DNA from: the human T2T-CHM13v2.0 reference genome, Homo sapiens
Length of the DNA: 64,000 bases
Direction: 5' to 3' (one strand)
NCBI RefSeq assembly: GCF_009914755.1
Contig: NC_060939.1
Shown one piece after another: positions 43,581 through 61,211 of this stretch. The notes under the pieces are model-generated. The model had not been told where the DNA came from. It worked only from the letters and a program-made list of their open reading frames with translations, and searched no databases. Position 1 is the first letter of the stretch, and each line of letters starts with the position of its first letter. A program made the translations under genes and the position numbers.

Positions 43581-46500
43581 CCAAACTTTTATCACATTTT
43601 TAAAAGTTTTATACATTGTGCTTTGATGTTGTATCAAAGAATTGTTTGCCTTATCCAAAATCAGAAAGATTTTCTTCATTGTTTACTTTTAGGCACTTCC
43701 TAGTTTTAGGTTTACATTTAGTTACATGACCTATTTTGAATTAACTCTCATATATGCTAAGAAATATAGATAAAAGTTGATTTTTTTGCATATGGTTATC
43801 TGAGGTTCTAGCACAATTTGTTGACAGCTTTTGCAGCTTGTTGGAAATACTGTATATATTAAAGCAACAGAATAGAGGATCCTGCAATATATATCAGCAA
43901 ATGTATAAACAGACACATAGATATAGAGATGGATATACACAAAATATTTTTGTATCTGTATATACAGTTCTGAATTTCATATCATATATATTATAGTTTT
44001 ATTGTTGAAATCAGGTAAAGTTAATTTATCAAATTTGTTCTTTTTTCAGTTATTTTGGCTCTTCTAGATCGTTTGCATTTTCTTATGAATTTCAGAATCA
44101 GCTTGTCAATATCTACCAAAAAATATTAAAATCCTGCTAGAATTTTGACTAGGATTGTGTTGAAACTATCTATCAATTTGGGGAACATTTATGTTCTAAA
44201 TATTGGTTTCCAGGGCATGAAGACAGTGTATCTCTCCATGTATTTGGGTTATCTTTAATGTTTCTCAGTATTCCACAGTTTTCAGTGTACAGGTCATGCA
44301 CATCTTTTGTCAGATTTATTCCTAAGAGTTTAATATATTTTGATGCTACTTTAAATGGCATTGCTTTTAAAATTCCAATTTCTGGTTATTTGTTGCTAGT
44401 ATAAAATGCAATTGGTTTTTGTATATTGTTCATGTATCCTGCAACCTTGCTAAACGCATTTATTAGTTCTAATAGCTTTTTTTGTATTTTATATTGAATT
44501 TTCTACATAGATGTTCATTTTGTCTGTGTGCAGTTTTGCTTCTTTCTTTCTATCCTGGACGTATTCTATCTCAGCTTCTTGTCTGGCTAGGATTTCCACA
44601 ACAATGTTAAATGTAAGCGTGGTGAGAGCAAACATCCCATCTTGTTCCTGATAAGACAAACAAGAAAGCATTGAGTGTTTCGTTACTAACAATGATGTTA
44701 GCTGTAGGATTTTTCACAGATGCCTTTTATCAGGATGAGGAAGCTCCCTTCTAAATGTTCCAAATGTAAATATATGACTTCATCAAATGTATTTACTGCA
44801 TCTATTGACATGATCATTTATTAATATGGTGCAATACATTGATTGATTTGAGGATGTTCAACCAACCAACCTTTCTGAGATACATTATATTTGTCCACGG
44901 TACAATATAATTTTTATGTATTGTTGGAACTGATTTGCTAACATTTTGTAAAGAACTTTTATATCTAAATTCAAAAAGAATATTTGTTTATAGTTTTTTT
45001 GTAATATCTTAGTCTAGCTTTGGTATCAAGGTGATACTAGCCTTATAAAATAAGTTGGTAACTAGTTCCTACTCTTCAATTTTCTGAAAGAGTTTAAGTA
45101 TAATTGGTAATATTTCTTCCTTAGAGGTTTGAACAAAAAACTTCAGAGAAGCAATCTGGGGTTAGAGTTTCCTTTGTAGGATGAGCATTTAATTAAAATT
45201 CAATTACTTCAATAAATATAGAGTTATTCAATTATCTGATTCTTCTTGAGTGAGCTATAGCAATTTGTATCTTTCAAAAAAATTCTCATTTCATCTCAGT
45301 TACAAAATTTATTAGGTAATGCTGTACACAGTATTCCCTTACTCCATTTTTAATTTTTACAAAATCTGTGCTGATATAGTTTCTTTCATACCTGATATTA
45401 GGAATTTGTCTCTTTTTTGTTTTGATGATCAGCCTGCTAGAAGTTTATAAATATTTGGTTTCATAGATTTTTCTCTACTTTTTTTTGGTTTATTGATGTT
45501 CACTCTGATCTCTAGTATTTCCAAAATTGTTTTTTGTGTTTAATTTGCTCTTGTTTTTCCAATTATTAAGGCAGAAGCTGGGGTAGTTAATTAATCTAAA
45601 ATCTATTCTCTTTTCTACTATAGTGTTTAATCCCATAATTTTACACACAAATATTGCCTTATCAGCATTCCACACATTTTGAAATATTGTTTTCACTCTC
45701 ACTTAGCTGAAAATGCATTGGTTTCTCTTTTGAAATCTTCTTTAGCCCTTGCAATATGTAGACATGTGTAATTCATCATCCTAATACTTGACGTTTTTCC
45801 AGAAAAGTTATTATTATTAACTTCTAATTTATTTCCAATGTGGTCCAAGAACATACTTCATATGACTTAAATCACTCCAAATATTCTGATACTTGCTTTC
45901 TGGCACAGAATGTATTCTATCTTGATAAATATTCTGTGTTTGCTTGAGAAGAGTTTATATTATGTGACTGTCAGGTGGACTGATTTATAAATATCAATAA
46001 AATCAAGTTATTTGATAGTTTTATTTTTTTAAGTCTGCTGTATCTTCACTGATTTTTTTGCTACTTGTTCTACTAATTATTGATAGTGAGTAATGTAATC
46101 CCCAACTATAATTGTGGAATTGTCTATTTCTCTTTTGAGTTCTATTGGTGTTTGTTTCATTTGTGTTGAAGCTCTGTGATGACATACGTAGTGCTTGTTA
46201 TTCTTAGAATTATCACGTCCTCCTGAGAAGCGGACCCTGTTCTCCTTATAAAACGACATTCTTCATCCCTGATAATATTCTCTTATCTGATGTCTACTTT
46301 ATCTGATATGAATATAGCCACTCCAGCTTTCATTTGATTCATGGTAACTCTTTTTCAATCTTTTACTTTTAATATGTTTGTATCTTTACATTTAAAATGT
46401 CTTTCTTACAGGCAGCATGTACTTGGGTCTTCATTCTTTTCATCAAAGCTGACAACCTCTACCTTTTAATTGGGATGCTTAGAACATTTAACAAGATTTT

Positions 46501-47619
46501 TGAAATGGTTATGTTACACCTGTGATCTTGTTATTCATCTTTTACTCAATCCATCTGTTCTTTGCTCCCCTTTCCTGTTTAGTGCCCTGTTTTGGATTTT
46601 GTTGTTGTTGTTGTTATTCCATCTCATCTTCTTTGTTGGCTTATATGATAACAAAACTTTTTGTTTTGTTATTTCAGTGGTTGCTTTACAACTCTAAGTT
46701 ACTGCAGCCTACTTTCACATGTTATCTTACTTCATGTGTGGTGTAAGAACCTTCCAGTAACATGCTTTCATTTTTCCTTTCCTGGCCTTTCGCTATTGTT
46801 GTCCTGCATTTCACTTACACATAAATTACAAACTACACAAAACACTGTTGTTATTTCCGTATAAAATTCAATTATTATTTCAAGATTTTTTAATGGAGGG
46901 GTCTTATACATCTTCCTACACAGTTACTTTCCAGAGCTCTTCATCCTTTATTACAGATCAATATTTCCATCTGATATCATCTTTCTTCTGCCTGAGGAGT
47001 TCCTATTTTATTTCCTGTGCAGCAGGTCTGCTGGTGATACATTCTTACAGTTTTTTTCTGCCTGGATATATCTTTATTTCCCCTTCATTTTGGAAAGTTA
47101 TTTACACTGGTTACAGAATTCAGAGTTAACAGTATGTCCTCTTTTAGAATTTAAAATATTTTTTCTATATCCTCCCAGATTCTGGTATCTGTGATGAGAA
47201 CTCTGGCAGCATCCTTTGTTAATCTTTATGTATGGTGTGTCCCATCCCTCTATGTCTGTATCACTAGGGTTCAATACTTTGATTACTATGAACCTTTGTG
47301 GAGTTCTTCATATTTCTTATAGGTGGGCTTTACTGAGTTTCTTGGATAAGAGATTTATAGTTTATATCAAATTTGAAAACATTTTGGCCATTTTTTTGTA
47401 TTATTTTTTCTGTCCCTCCTCTTTTCAGTCCTTCTAGGACTCAAATTACATGTATTATTGGCTGCTTGAAGGTGTTCCACAGTTTAGTTTCTTAAAATCC
47501 TTTTACTCTATTTCCTTTTGGATAGTTTTTATTGCTATGTCTTGTATTTGGCAATGTTTAATCTGCTATTAATCATGTTCTGTGTATTTTTCATCTCAAA
47601 TTTATAAGTAAGAGTTTTT

Positions 47620-47907
47620 GGGTGGGCATGGTGGCTCACACCTGTAATCCCAGCCTTTTGGGAGACTGAAGTGGGCTGATCATTTGAGCTCAGGAGTTTG
47701 AGACCAGCCTGGGCAACAAGACAAAACCCCATGTTTACAAAAATTAGCCAGGTGTGGTGGCACATGCCTGTAGTCCCACCTACTCAGGAGGCTGAAGTTG
47801 AGGATAGCTTAAGCCCAGAAGGCAGAGGTTACAGTGAGCCGAGATCACGCCACTGCACTCCAGCCTGGATGACATAGCCAGACCCTGTCAAAAAAAAAAA
47901 ACAAAAA
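47620..47907 (+). mobile_element. AluJ
   Basis: Alu dimer. Confidence 0.85.
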
Positions 47908-49351
47908 CTTTCATAACCAACTATATAACCATTCTACTACTTAGAGGAACAAAAAAGTCAATAATTCACGATTTAAAAGCTACTAAAAACATAAAATATA
48001 AAACTATGCACTAAGGAGTTTTATATATAAATTTACCCATTAAATAAATATGTGTATGTACTTCTTTAATTTAAAAAATTCTAATGACTTACAGTTTATA
48101 CCACAAGATTATTTATACAAACAGATTATTCTCATTCCAGAGTGGGCTTTTTGGGGGATGAAGTTTACTAAGCAATTTACAATGTTCTGTGAAAATCATC
48201 AGCTTTTTCAGGTTCTGTAGTAAAGTTATAAAAGTTCTAGGCACCATATCTTTTTAAACCATAAGAAAATACGAGGGCACATGTGTGTATGTATGTATGC
48301 ATGAATGCTTTTATGGCAGTTTTATTCGTAATTACCAAAAACTGGAAACAACCCAAATGAACTGGGGAATGAATACAGAACCTGTTGTACATCCATACAA
48401 CGCAATGCTACTAAGCAACAGAAAGTAATTACTGATACATAAAAACATGGATGAATCTCAAAATACATTAGGTTAAATAAAAGACGTCCGTCTCAAGAAG
48501 CCACATACTGAGTCAAGCAGGGGGATCCCTTGAGACCAGGAGCTTGAGGCCAGCATAGGCAATATAACAAGGCCTCCCATTTCTATTAAACAAACAAAAA
48601 TTAAAACAAAAAGGCTAAATACTGCGTGATTTTGTTTACACGGAATTCTGAAAAGAAAAAAAAAAAAAGACAAGACAGAGAAAAAAACAGATCAGTGGTG
48701 GCCAGAGACTAGAGGTAAGGAAATGGGCTGACTATGGAAAGGGTCATGAGGAAATTTTTTGAGAAACTAACTCTATATCTTGATCATCATGGTGGTTGCA
48801 CAACTAGATGTGTTTCCCAGTCTTACAGAACCATATTCAAATACACCTTAATAAAGATAATTTTCAACCATACATATGATAGAATCATAATTATTACTCT
48901 TATACTAAGACCAAATAGATGCTGCTTAAACCACTGAGGCAAGAACACTAAACCTTGGTCTGATCTGCCTCCAAGTTTGAAAACTCCCTTCCATTAACAT
49001 TTTGCCTAAAAATTAAACAATATTTGTAAATTAGTCACAAAATCCTTTAAGATTAAAATATACATATATTCTTAAAGAAAACTACCTAGTGCTTGCAACC
49101 AAGTCATTTTAGGAGAAAATTAGCTTTGTTAAGAAGGGAATAAAGCCCAAGTAATAAATATTAACATCCATCTTTTCCAGAATCATGATGGTCAAAACAA
49201 TGAGACTCTTCTCCTAATTTTGGTTCAAAATACCAAAATTTTTACTTCAAAAACTCTCTAACAGATTATTATAAAATCTTAACATTTGCCTAAAAGTCTT
49301 TAAGTATTTTCACATAACTAGGCAGTATAACAAAAAAAGAGCACAGGCTTA

Positions 49352-49624
49352 GGCTGGATGCAGTGGCTCACACCTGTAATCCTAGCATTTTGGGAGGCCA
49401 AGGCAGATCGCTTGAGTCCAGCAGTTTGAGACCAGTCTGGGAAATGTGGCAAAACCCCGTCTCTATAAAATACATTAAAACGTGGCCCATACCTGTAGTC
49501 CCAGCTACTTCAGGGGATGAGGCAGGAGGATGGCTTGAGCCTTAGAGACAGAGGCTGCAGTGAGCCAAGATCACGCCACTCACTCCACTCTGGGTGATAG
49601 AGTGGGACCCTTTCTCAAAAAAAA
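49352..49624 (+). mobile_element. AluJ (internally deleted)
   Basis: Alu motifs with short gaps. Confidence 0.82.
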
Positions 49625-50697
49625 ATTTTTTTTTAAAGCACAGGCTCAAGAACTCAACCCACCTAGGCAAGTTATTTAACCTAATTTTCCATCGATTGTA
49701 TCATCAGTAAAATTGGGATAATTTTACCTACCTCTAGGAATAATCCTAGACTATTACATGAGTTAATACATGTATTATAATAAATCACAGGGTAATGCCT
49801 GGCATAGTTAACTAAGTCTCAATACCAACCTAACATAAATGAATGACACCAATAATCACCAGCTGTGTAGTCTTTGCATACCACAATTCTGCCCTGTAAG
49901 GTAAGTGGCCTAAATTCAATGGCCTAAATAAAGACCTATCTAGTAATACTACTCTATATTCCTATTATTTTACCTGAATTGCACCTACCTAATTCAGTTT
50001 GCAAAAGAAAGGTTAAGTATTATACCTCTTATATATAAAAAAGTGAACTATAAATAAGTTAAATGACTTACCCAAAGAAACAGTAACTTGAAGGCAGAGC
50101 CAAGATGAGGATTTGGTATTGAGACTCCTTAAAACTTTGTCCTCTCCAAAATTTTTAGCCCTCCATGAATTCCTTCCCTCCTAAACAAAGATACGGGTAT
50201 AATGCACCCCCAAAAACCTCCAATTTAATAATTTAAAAATTTCATTAAGCTATACATTTGATTTGTGCACTCTTCTGTATGTTTTATATCATAATAGAAA
50301 GGTTAAGTGGCTTATTACCTAATACACTAGTATTCACTTGTATTCACATATGAATACATACACTTGTATTCACATATGAAGAGAAGTAGTGGAAAAGTTA
50401 CATTAAAAGCTAAAAGGTGACAAACTAAGCAGATTATGTTCTTTAAAATTTTGTGAGAGGCAAAAGTTTTTAACTGAGGTATATAATACATGTACAAAGA
50501 AGTGCACACTTCCTAAGTCTACTATTCAATGATTCTCATAAACTGAACACAACCATGAAATCATGACCCAGATCAAGACAGAGAACATTACCAGCACACC
50601 TACAATCTCCCTTGTCCTCATCACCAAAGATAACCATTATTCTGATTCCATTCCCATCTGTTAGTTTTGTCTGTTTTTTAAGCTTTACAGAAATGGA

Positions 50698-50804
50698 GTG
50701 CTCGCTTCGGCAGCAAATATACTAAAATTGGAACAATACAGAGAACATTAGCGTGGTCCCTGCACAAGGATGACATGCAAATTGGTGAGGCTTTCCATCT
50801 TTTT
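50698..50804 (+). pseudogene. U6 snRNA retrocopy (RNU6 pseudogene)
   Basis: gtgctcgcttcggcagca...acagaga...gatgacatgcaaatt...ttccatcttttt, full length with several substitutions; sits in L1 sequence with no evident PSE/TATA upstream. Confidence 0.95.
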
Positions 50805-51027
50805 ATTATTACAGTAGTCTGTATTATTTCATATCCAAAAAAATGATCAATATGAAGAATGGGATGAACTAATTAATACTGTGATTGAAGACAATAGCAT
50901 TATTTGCCTGGGAAACTAAAGACAAAACAACTGGAAAACTACTAAAACTGTTAAAGGAGTCAATTTGCTACTTATGGAATAAACATATACTGTATTCACA
51001 GTAACATATATTATGGAATTAAAATCA

Positions 51028-51207
<180 letters not shown>

Positions 51208-51529
51208 TTAAATAACCTAAGTGTCATCTCCATGAATGCATGTATACAACTTTGTTGGATTGAAGGCTCCTCATCTCAACCCCACTGGAGGTAAATGCTA
51301 TAAAAGTAAGTAATTCAAGAAAGTTTCATCCAAATTAACTCATGTAAAACAAAAACAAAACAAGAAAAATTTGCCACATCAAGGTAATGTTATAAAATGT
51401 GTAATGTAACTACTGTCTTTATTTGTGTCTCACTTACAAAGTAGATCTGAACTATGGATTACTACTACTTACTTTGATTAAAAAAACACTGATGTGAGAT
51501 ATTTTTGTAAATTTTCTTTACCCAAAGGT

Positions 51530-52100
51530 TCACTGCAGCCATAAAAAAGAACAAAATCATATCCTTTGCAGCAACATGATGCAGCTGGAGATCATCATCC
51601 TAAGCTAAACATTGGGTAAACATGGACATAAACATGGGAACAATAGATACAGGGAACTAACAGAGAGGAGAGGATGGGAAGGGGCGAAAGCTCAAAACTG
51701 CCTACTGGCGGCTGGGTACAGTAGCTCACGCCTATAATCCCAGCACTTTGGGAGGCCAAGGTGGGTGGATTGCTTGAGTCCAGGAGTTCGAGACCAGCCT
51801 GGGTAACAGGGCGAAACCCAGTCTCTACAAAAAAATACAAAAAATAGCAGGGTATGGTGGCCCACCACTGTAGTCCCAGCTACCCCGGAGGCTGAGCTGG
51901 GAGGATCGGCTGAGCCCAAGAGGTCAAAACTGCAGTGACCAGTGATTGCAATATTGCAATCCAGCCTGGGGGACAGAGACCTACCTTGTCTCAAAAAACT
52001 TAAACAAAACTACGTGCTGGGTGCTATGCTTACTACCTGGGTGATGGGATCAATTGTACCCCAAACCTCATGCAATATACCCATGTAACAAACCTGCACA
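51530..52100 (+). mobile_element. L1P 3' UTR fragment with nested AluJ (about 51709-51998)
   Basis: gcagccataaaaaagaac...catgtaacaaacctgcaca interrupted by an Alu. Confidence 0.82.
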
Positions 52101-52691
52101 CTATTATTATTGCGAGAAACAGAGCTAATTTAGAACAATATATATAGCTTGACCCAATTTGAGGAAAAATTTTACATTTGTATATTTGTTGAAAACAACT
52201 ATCAATAAAGAACTAAAATTGCATACTATTCATTCATATGACTGAATACTACACAGCTATTAAAATTAATGAAGTAAGGCAGGTGCAGTGGCTCACACTT
52301 GTAATCCCAGCTACTCGGGAGGCTGAGGCTCGAGAATCACTTGAAACTGGGAGATGGAGGTTGCCGTGAGCCAAGATTGTGCCACTGCTCTACAACCTGG
52401 GTGACAGAGTAGGACTCTGTTTCAAAATAATCATAATAATAATACTACTAATAATACACATATATCAGCATAAATAAATGTAACTTTCCAATTACAGAAT
52501 GTATGTACCAAAATATCACATAAATTTGAAACACAATAGTACTACATGTTAAATATATGTAGATATTTGTAGGAAGAATATAAGTGCATGAGCTAAAAAG
52601 ATAAATAACTTCTGCATAAGAAAATAGGATCTAAGAGGATGACAAAAGGGACTCCAACCGTATGCATATTTTATTTTTAAAAACAAATTTA

Positions 52692-52988
52692 GGCCAGGCA
52701 CAGTGGCTCACCCCTGTAATCCCAGTATTTTAGGGGGCCAAGACGGGCAGATCACTTGAGGTCGGTTGGAGACCAGCCTGGACAACATAGTGAAACCCCG
52801 TCTCTACTAAAAATACAAAAATTAGCCGGGAGTAGTGACAAGCTCCTATAATCCCAGCTACTCAAAAGGCCAAGGCACGAGAATTGCTTGAACTTGGGAG
52901 GTGGCGGTTGCAGTGAGCAGGGATTTTACCACTATACACCAGGCTGGGCAACAGAGTGAGACCCCATCTCAAAAATAATAAATAAAAA
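52692..52988 (+). mobile_element. AluS
   Basis: full dimer. Confidence 0.88.
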
Positions 52989-53053
52989 CATATATAAATA
53001 CACTTTTGAAGCAAATCTGATAAGATGTCAGCATCTATGAAATCTACTGAATG

Positions 53054-53405
<352 letters not shown>

Positions 53406-53511
53406 TTAAATTATTCTCCATATTTTTCTAAATTTTTGAAATATTTAAACTTTGCTCTAAAAAAGTCGAGATTTTGGAATTCAGAGACAGGCTTTGTAGA
53501 TTCAGTACAGG

Positions 53512-53512
<1 letters not shown>

Positions 53513-53548
<36 letters not shown>
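53513..53548. repeat. (TG)n microsatellite
   Basis: seen directly. Confidence 0.95.
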
Positions 53549-53550
<2 letters not shown>

Positions 53551-53600
53551 ATAAGCCTGTTATTCTGTACTATAAAATTTCTAACTAAAAAAAAATTATA

Positions 53601-55175
53601 TTAGGTTGGTGCAAATGTAGTTGCAGTTTTCGTATTGTTGAAACTTGCTATTTGATACTGGAATACATTCTTAAATATATGTGGTTATTTATATACCATT
53701 TTAATGCACATTTCTCACCTTTTTTGCTAATAACATATTATTTGCTGTTTTATTCTTTTAGACAGTGGAAATTATATTATTAAAAAAAGCAAATTCAAGC
53801 GATTTTCTTGAGTTCAAAATGGGTCGCAAAGCAGTGGAGACAACTTGCAACATCAACTACACACTTGGCCCAGGAACTGTGCAATGGTGGTTCAAGAAGT
53901 GTTGCAAAGGAGACGAGAGCCTTGAAGATGAGGAGTGTAGTAGCCGGCCAGAAGAAGTTGGCACTGACCAATTGAGAGCAATCATCGAAGCTGATCCTCT
54001 TACAACTACACGAGAAATTGCCGAAGAACTCAATGTCAACCATTCTACGCTTGTTTGGCAATTTAAGCAAGTTGGAAAGGTGCAAAAGCTTCTTTTTTTT
54101 TTTTTTTTTTTTTTTTGAGATGGAGTCTCACTCTATCACCTAGGCTGGAATGCAGTGGCACCATCTGGGCTCACTGTAACCTCTACTTCCCGGGTTAAAG
54201 TGATTCTCGTGCCTCAGCCTCCCTAGTTGCTGGGATTACAGGCACCCACCACCACACCCGATTACTTTTTGTATTTTTAGTAGAGCTGGGGTTTCACCAT
54301 GTTGGCCAGGCTGGTCGTGAACTCCTGGCCTCAAGTGATCTGCCCGCCTCAGCCTCCGAAAGTACTGGGATTACAGGCGTGAGCCACCACGCCCTGCCAA
54401 AAGGTGAAAAAGCTTGATAAGTGGGTGCCTCATGAGCTGACCAAAAATTTTAAAAATCGTCGTTTTGAAGTGTTGTCTTCTCTTATTCTACATAACGACG
54501 ACGAACCATTTCTTAGTTGGATTGTGACGTTTGACAAAAAGTGTATTTTATACAACAACAGTGATGACCAGCTCAGTGGTTGGACCGAGAAGATGCTCCA
54601 AAGCACTTCCTGAAGCCAAACTTTCATCAAAAAGAGGTCAGGGTCACTGTTTGGTGGTCTGCTCCTGGTCTGATCCGCTACAGCTTTCTGAATCATAGTA
54701 AAACCAATACATCTGAGAAGTATGCTCAGCAAATCGATGAGATGCACCGAAAACTGCGAGGCCTGCAGCTGGCACTGGTCCACAGAAAGGGTCCAGTTCT
54801 TCTCCACGACAACACCCGACAACATGTTGCACAACCAACATTTCAAAAGTTGAATGAATTGGGCTACAAAGTTTTGCCTCATCCACCATATTGAACTGAC
54901 CTCTCACCAACCGACTACCACTTTTCCAAGCATCTAGAAAATTTTTTGCAGGGAAAATGCTTCCACAACCATCAGGATGCAGAAAATGCTTTCCAAGAGT
55001 TCATCGAATCCCGAAGCATGGATTTTTACGCCACAGGAATAAACAAACTTATTTCTCATTGGCAAAAAATGTGTTGATTGTAATGTTTCCTATTTTGATA
55101 AAGATGTGTTTGGGCCTAGTTATAATAATTTAAAATTCGTAATCCAAAACCACCATTAATTTTGTACCAACCTAA
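53601..55175 (+). mobile_element. Full-length Hsmar1 mariner transposon (defective)
   Basis: TIRs ta|ttaggttggtgcaaa... and ...tttgtaccaacctaa. Transposase remnants: TVQWWFKK, WVPHEL, WIVTFDKK, LLHDN, PY*TDLSPTDYH. Confidence 0.95.
54092..54398 (-). mobile_element. AluS inserted in the Hsmar1 transposase
   Basis: TSD aaaggtg(c/a)aaaagctt. Confidence 0.93.
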
Positions 55176-55211
55176 CAGTACCTACATTTATTACCTCAAC
55201 TGCTCTTCAAC

Positions 55212-55500
55212 TTTCTTTTTTTGAGACAGAGTATCCCTCTGTCACCCAGGCTGGAGGGCAGTGGCACAAATCTCGGCTCACTGCAACCTCCACCTCCAGG
55301 GGTCAAGTGATTCTCCTGCCTCAGCCTCCTGAGTAGCTGGGATTACAGACGTCCACCACCACGCCCGGCTAATTTTTGTATTTTTAATAGAGACGGGGTT
55401 TTGCCATGTTGGCCACGCTGGTCTCAAACTCCTGATCTCATCTGTCCACCTTGGCCTCCCAAAGTGCTGGGATTATAGACATGAGCCACGGCGTTCAGCC
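55212..55500 (-). mobile_element. AluS
   Basis: antisense dimer. Confidence 0.88.
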
Positions 55501-56224
55501 TAATCTTACTCTTTAAAAGAATAAAGTAAGGGCAGACAATAACGAATGTCTTAACCCAGAAATCTCACCTTTTTGAATGATGTTCTCCATTCACAGAAGC
55601 ATTTAAAACACTACAAGTGTGCAGTAAACAGCAAAAGCCAACAAGCTCTAATCACTTAAACTCTAGAGAATATATGACACAGCTCTTCCTAAAATATCAC
55701 CAGATGGGTATATAAACGTAGAACGGCTTAACTCCCAGCTGTATATTAACACCAAATCTCCAATAAGCCTATACTGTCATAATAAAAATCATTTGCCTAA
55801 ATCTCTTCCAATTCATATTAGATGTATTAATATAAACCATATCCTACCTGAGTTGCTACAACTCCACTTGATATTTAAAACACACCACAACACACAAGCA
55901 CACAAACACACATACACGGATACAGAACTTGGGAGTTCAGGCTGAGTTCTGCATTTACAGAGTTCATAGAAACCAATTTTTCTTAAGGTATCTTTCATAA
56001 TTCTCAATCAGCTTATTAAAAAGAGAAAAACTAGATGGCTCAGTCCTCTTGTGTTTAACTGTGATCAAATCCCACAATGTCTTCAGTCATAGTAGAGTTC
56101 ACAATGATAAAGTTCAAGTAAGCTTACCTGCCCCATTCCTCCCATACTACTTCCTACAGCTGCCACTCGTCTTAGGAACTGGAGCCAGTTAACCACCCAC
56201 TTTCTCAATGGTGACTGTGACCTA

Positions 56225-56574
<350 letters not shown>

Positions 56575-57123
56575 TAGCAATTTTTCCTACTTATAAAAGT
56601 AATACATGCTCATTGTAGAAAAATGGGAAACTATAGAAGAATAAGAAGCAAAAAAGCCACATTATCCCACCGAGACAGAAATTAATCACTACTAATATTT
56701 CCATTCATGGCAATCCAGGGTCTCTTCTGTATATCAAAGTGTATTAGTTCATTTACCAAACAGGATTTTAAGTACTGCAGAACAAGGGGGAAGTAGCATA
56801 CTAATTCTTTGGAAGACTAATTTTCTTCAGTGTAAAGAAGTTACACTTACTGCTGAGTAAGTCAACCATATGTACAGGAAACTGGAGACAATGACAAAGG
56901 TGAGGGAAAACATGCCTGCTTTTTCTTCATTCACTCACAGCAAACCATGGAGTCCATGTTTTGGGAACCATTATGTATGCAAAGACCAACTAATGAGTAT
57001 GTTTCCTTTATAAATAGCAGCCTACTAAATAAACAAATACATACATACATATATACGAATATACAGTCTTGCCACAGGAGTTACACACACAGTGAAAGGA
57101 ATGACATTAAGAGTATTTTTAAA

Positions 57124-58122
<999 letters not shown>

Positions 58123-58640
58123 AAGAGTATGTTTTTTGTCACCATGAAAGTATCTTAAGAGACAGTAAAGGGATATGTGAAAGGTTGATCTAAAATTCAT
58201 GACCTCTTCCACAAAAATAGTTTCTGTGCACATAAGATGAAGGAACAATCTAACTACGGAAAACGTAACTGTTGATTTTATAATGCTATAACTTATTTAC
58301 ACGTATAAATAAATATGCAGGAGTTTAAACAGTTAGTCCACAAATATTGATAGCTTACTCTGTACCAGGCAATGTATTAACTGCTAGGGAGTAAGGGAGA
58401 GAACAGCCACCAGTCCCTATTTCTGCAGAACTTTCAATCTGTCTCTTGAAGTATGATGTCAAACACTAGGCATGTGGCCTCAAGCAAGTCACAACAGTCC
58501 TGATTAAATGATGATCTCAAATCCTTGTGATGATCTAAGAAGATATATGTGAAAGTAGCTTATAAATCATGTTACCTAAAGTAAAAAGAGATATGTAGCC
58601 ATTTGTGCAAAGCACTGTTTATAGCAATCATCTTCAATAG

Positions 58641-58952
<312 letters not shown>

Positions 58953-59595
58953 TCTCATTTCTTTTAACTGGCAAAAAATAATCACTCAAGTTGCTTAATA
59001 TAATCTCTTTTGACAGTCTCTAAGATTTTGATATTATCTTTCTCTGCCAATGACCCATATGAAGTAACTGAAATTAATTTTCCCATGATGGGGGAGAAAA
59101 GATTCACTTTTTTCTAATACAAAAAGCTTTATTTCCTGATTTCATAATTTATAGGGGTTAGGGGGCAGGCAGCCACAGATCAAAAGCAACTTATTCAAAC
59201 TCAAGAAAAAAATTATCTTTTAATCTAAGAATCACCATGGAAAGTTTGTTATAGGCTCAGGCTAATCCAAATAGTTAGTGACAGGTTAATTGTGGTACTT
59301 TGAAAGCAAAGGAGAGCAAGTAGCAATTATTCTTCCCTTCACTCAGTCTCTAACACCTAACCTCTTAAAAAACAGGGAGATATATATTATAGCCAAATTG
59401 CTTTCCAAAAAAACATAATTTTTAAAAATATGCTCTACACAGTATCAACTGTTTGTATCTAAAAGAAATAGACTATTTACATTGCTTTTTATCCTACGAT
59501 TTATCCTTTTCAAATTCAGCCACCTCAACGATGCAAAAAAGTATCAAACTGATGCTTTAAATTTATTTTTGCCCTTATTGCAGATATGACTCTAA

Positions 59596-59907
<312 letters not shown>

Positions 59908-60024
59908 TAGCATGGGACATTTTAAAGGCATTCATAATCCAACTAAACAGGACCACCTGCAAAACTAGTGAAATGCCCAAAAACAAACATCTATAAATGC
60001 CCAATATTAAACCTCAAGGGTCTA

Positions 60025-60443
<419 letters not shown>

Positions 60444-61211
60444 CCTCCAGGAGTACCCAAGAAGCCCCAGGGTAAAAAAGGAAAATATTTGAACTTTATT
60501 TTTAATTATCATCCTTGTTAATTTTTTGTTTGTATTTTAAAGTCCACAATAATCAGTTACTATATGTTTATTACTTGTAAATTAAATATCTAAGGATTAA
60601 GAACTGATGCTCAATATTTTTCTTTTTCTCTTTTTTCAAAGCAACAACATGAAGTTGTATCAATTTTTTTTTCTGACTTCATTCTTCCCATCCCATCAGT
60701 TTTTTGTTTTTTTTTTAAAGAGACAGGGTCTCACTATGTTGCCCAGGCTGGAGTACAGCGGCGGTATTCATAAGCACAATCACAGTGAACTTTAGCCTTG
60801 AACTCCTGACCTCAAATATCCTCCTGCCTAAGCCAACTACGTAGCTGGGACCACAGGACCACGTACCACACCTGCTTAATGCTCAAAAGTTTTTGGTGAT
60901 GGGGTAAGCAACGAAAGTTTGGAGACCACTGGTCTACACGACTCATTGTCACTGAACTTTCATTTTTATCAGCTCCCTCCCAAGAGTTAAGCTATGGAAG
61001 TAAGTCCTGATGCTGAAAAAGAAACAGAAGAAAAACTGTTTCAAACTATTTTGAACTCCCAACAAGCTAAAGATGACAAATCACTAGCAAGAATATATGG
61101 AATTGAATACTAATATGCTGTTGACGGGAATTTCAAATAGACATCCTATCTAAAGGGCATCTTGAGTATATCCACATTTAAAACACACATACCCTTTGAC
61201 CTAATAAGCCC

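Noticed and set aside
50698-50804. Functional U6 gene or U6-L1 chimera
   Set aside because: Multiple substitutions, no upstream Pol III promoter elements seen, and no attached young L1 3' end or TSD.
56128-56170. AVGSSMGGM resembling an alpha/beta-hydrolase nucleophile elbow
   Set aside because: Isolated short motif with no supporting homology.
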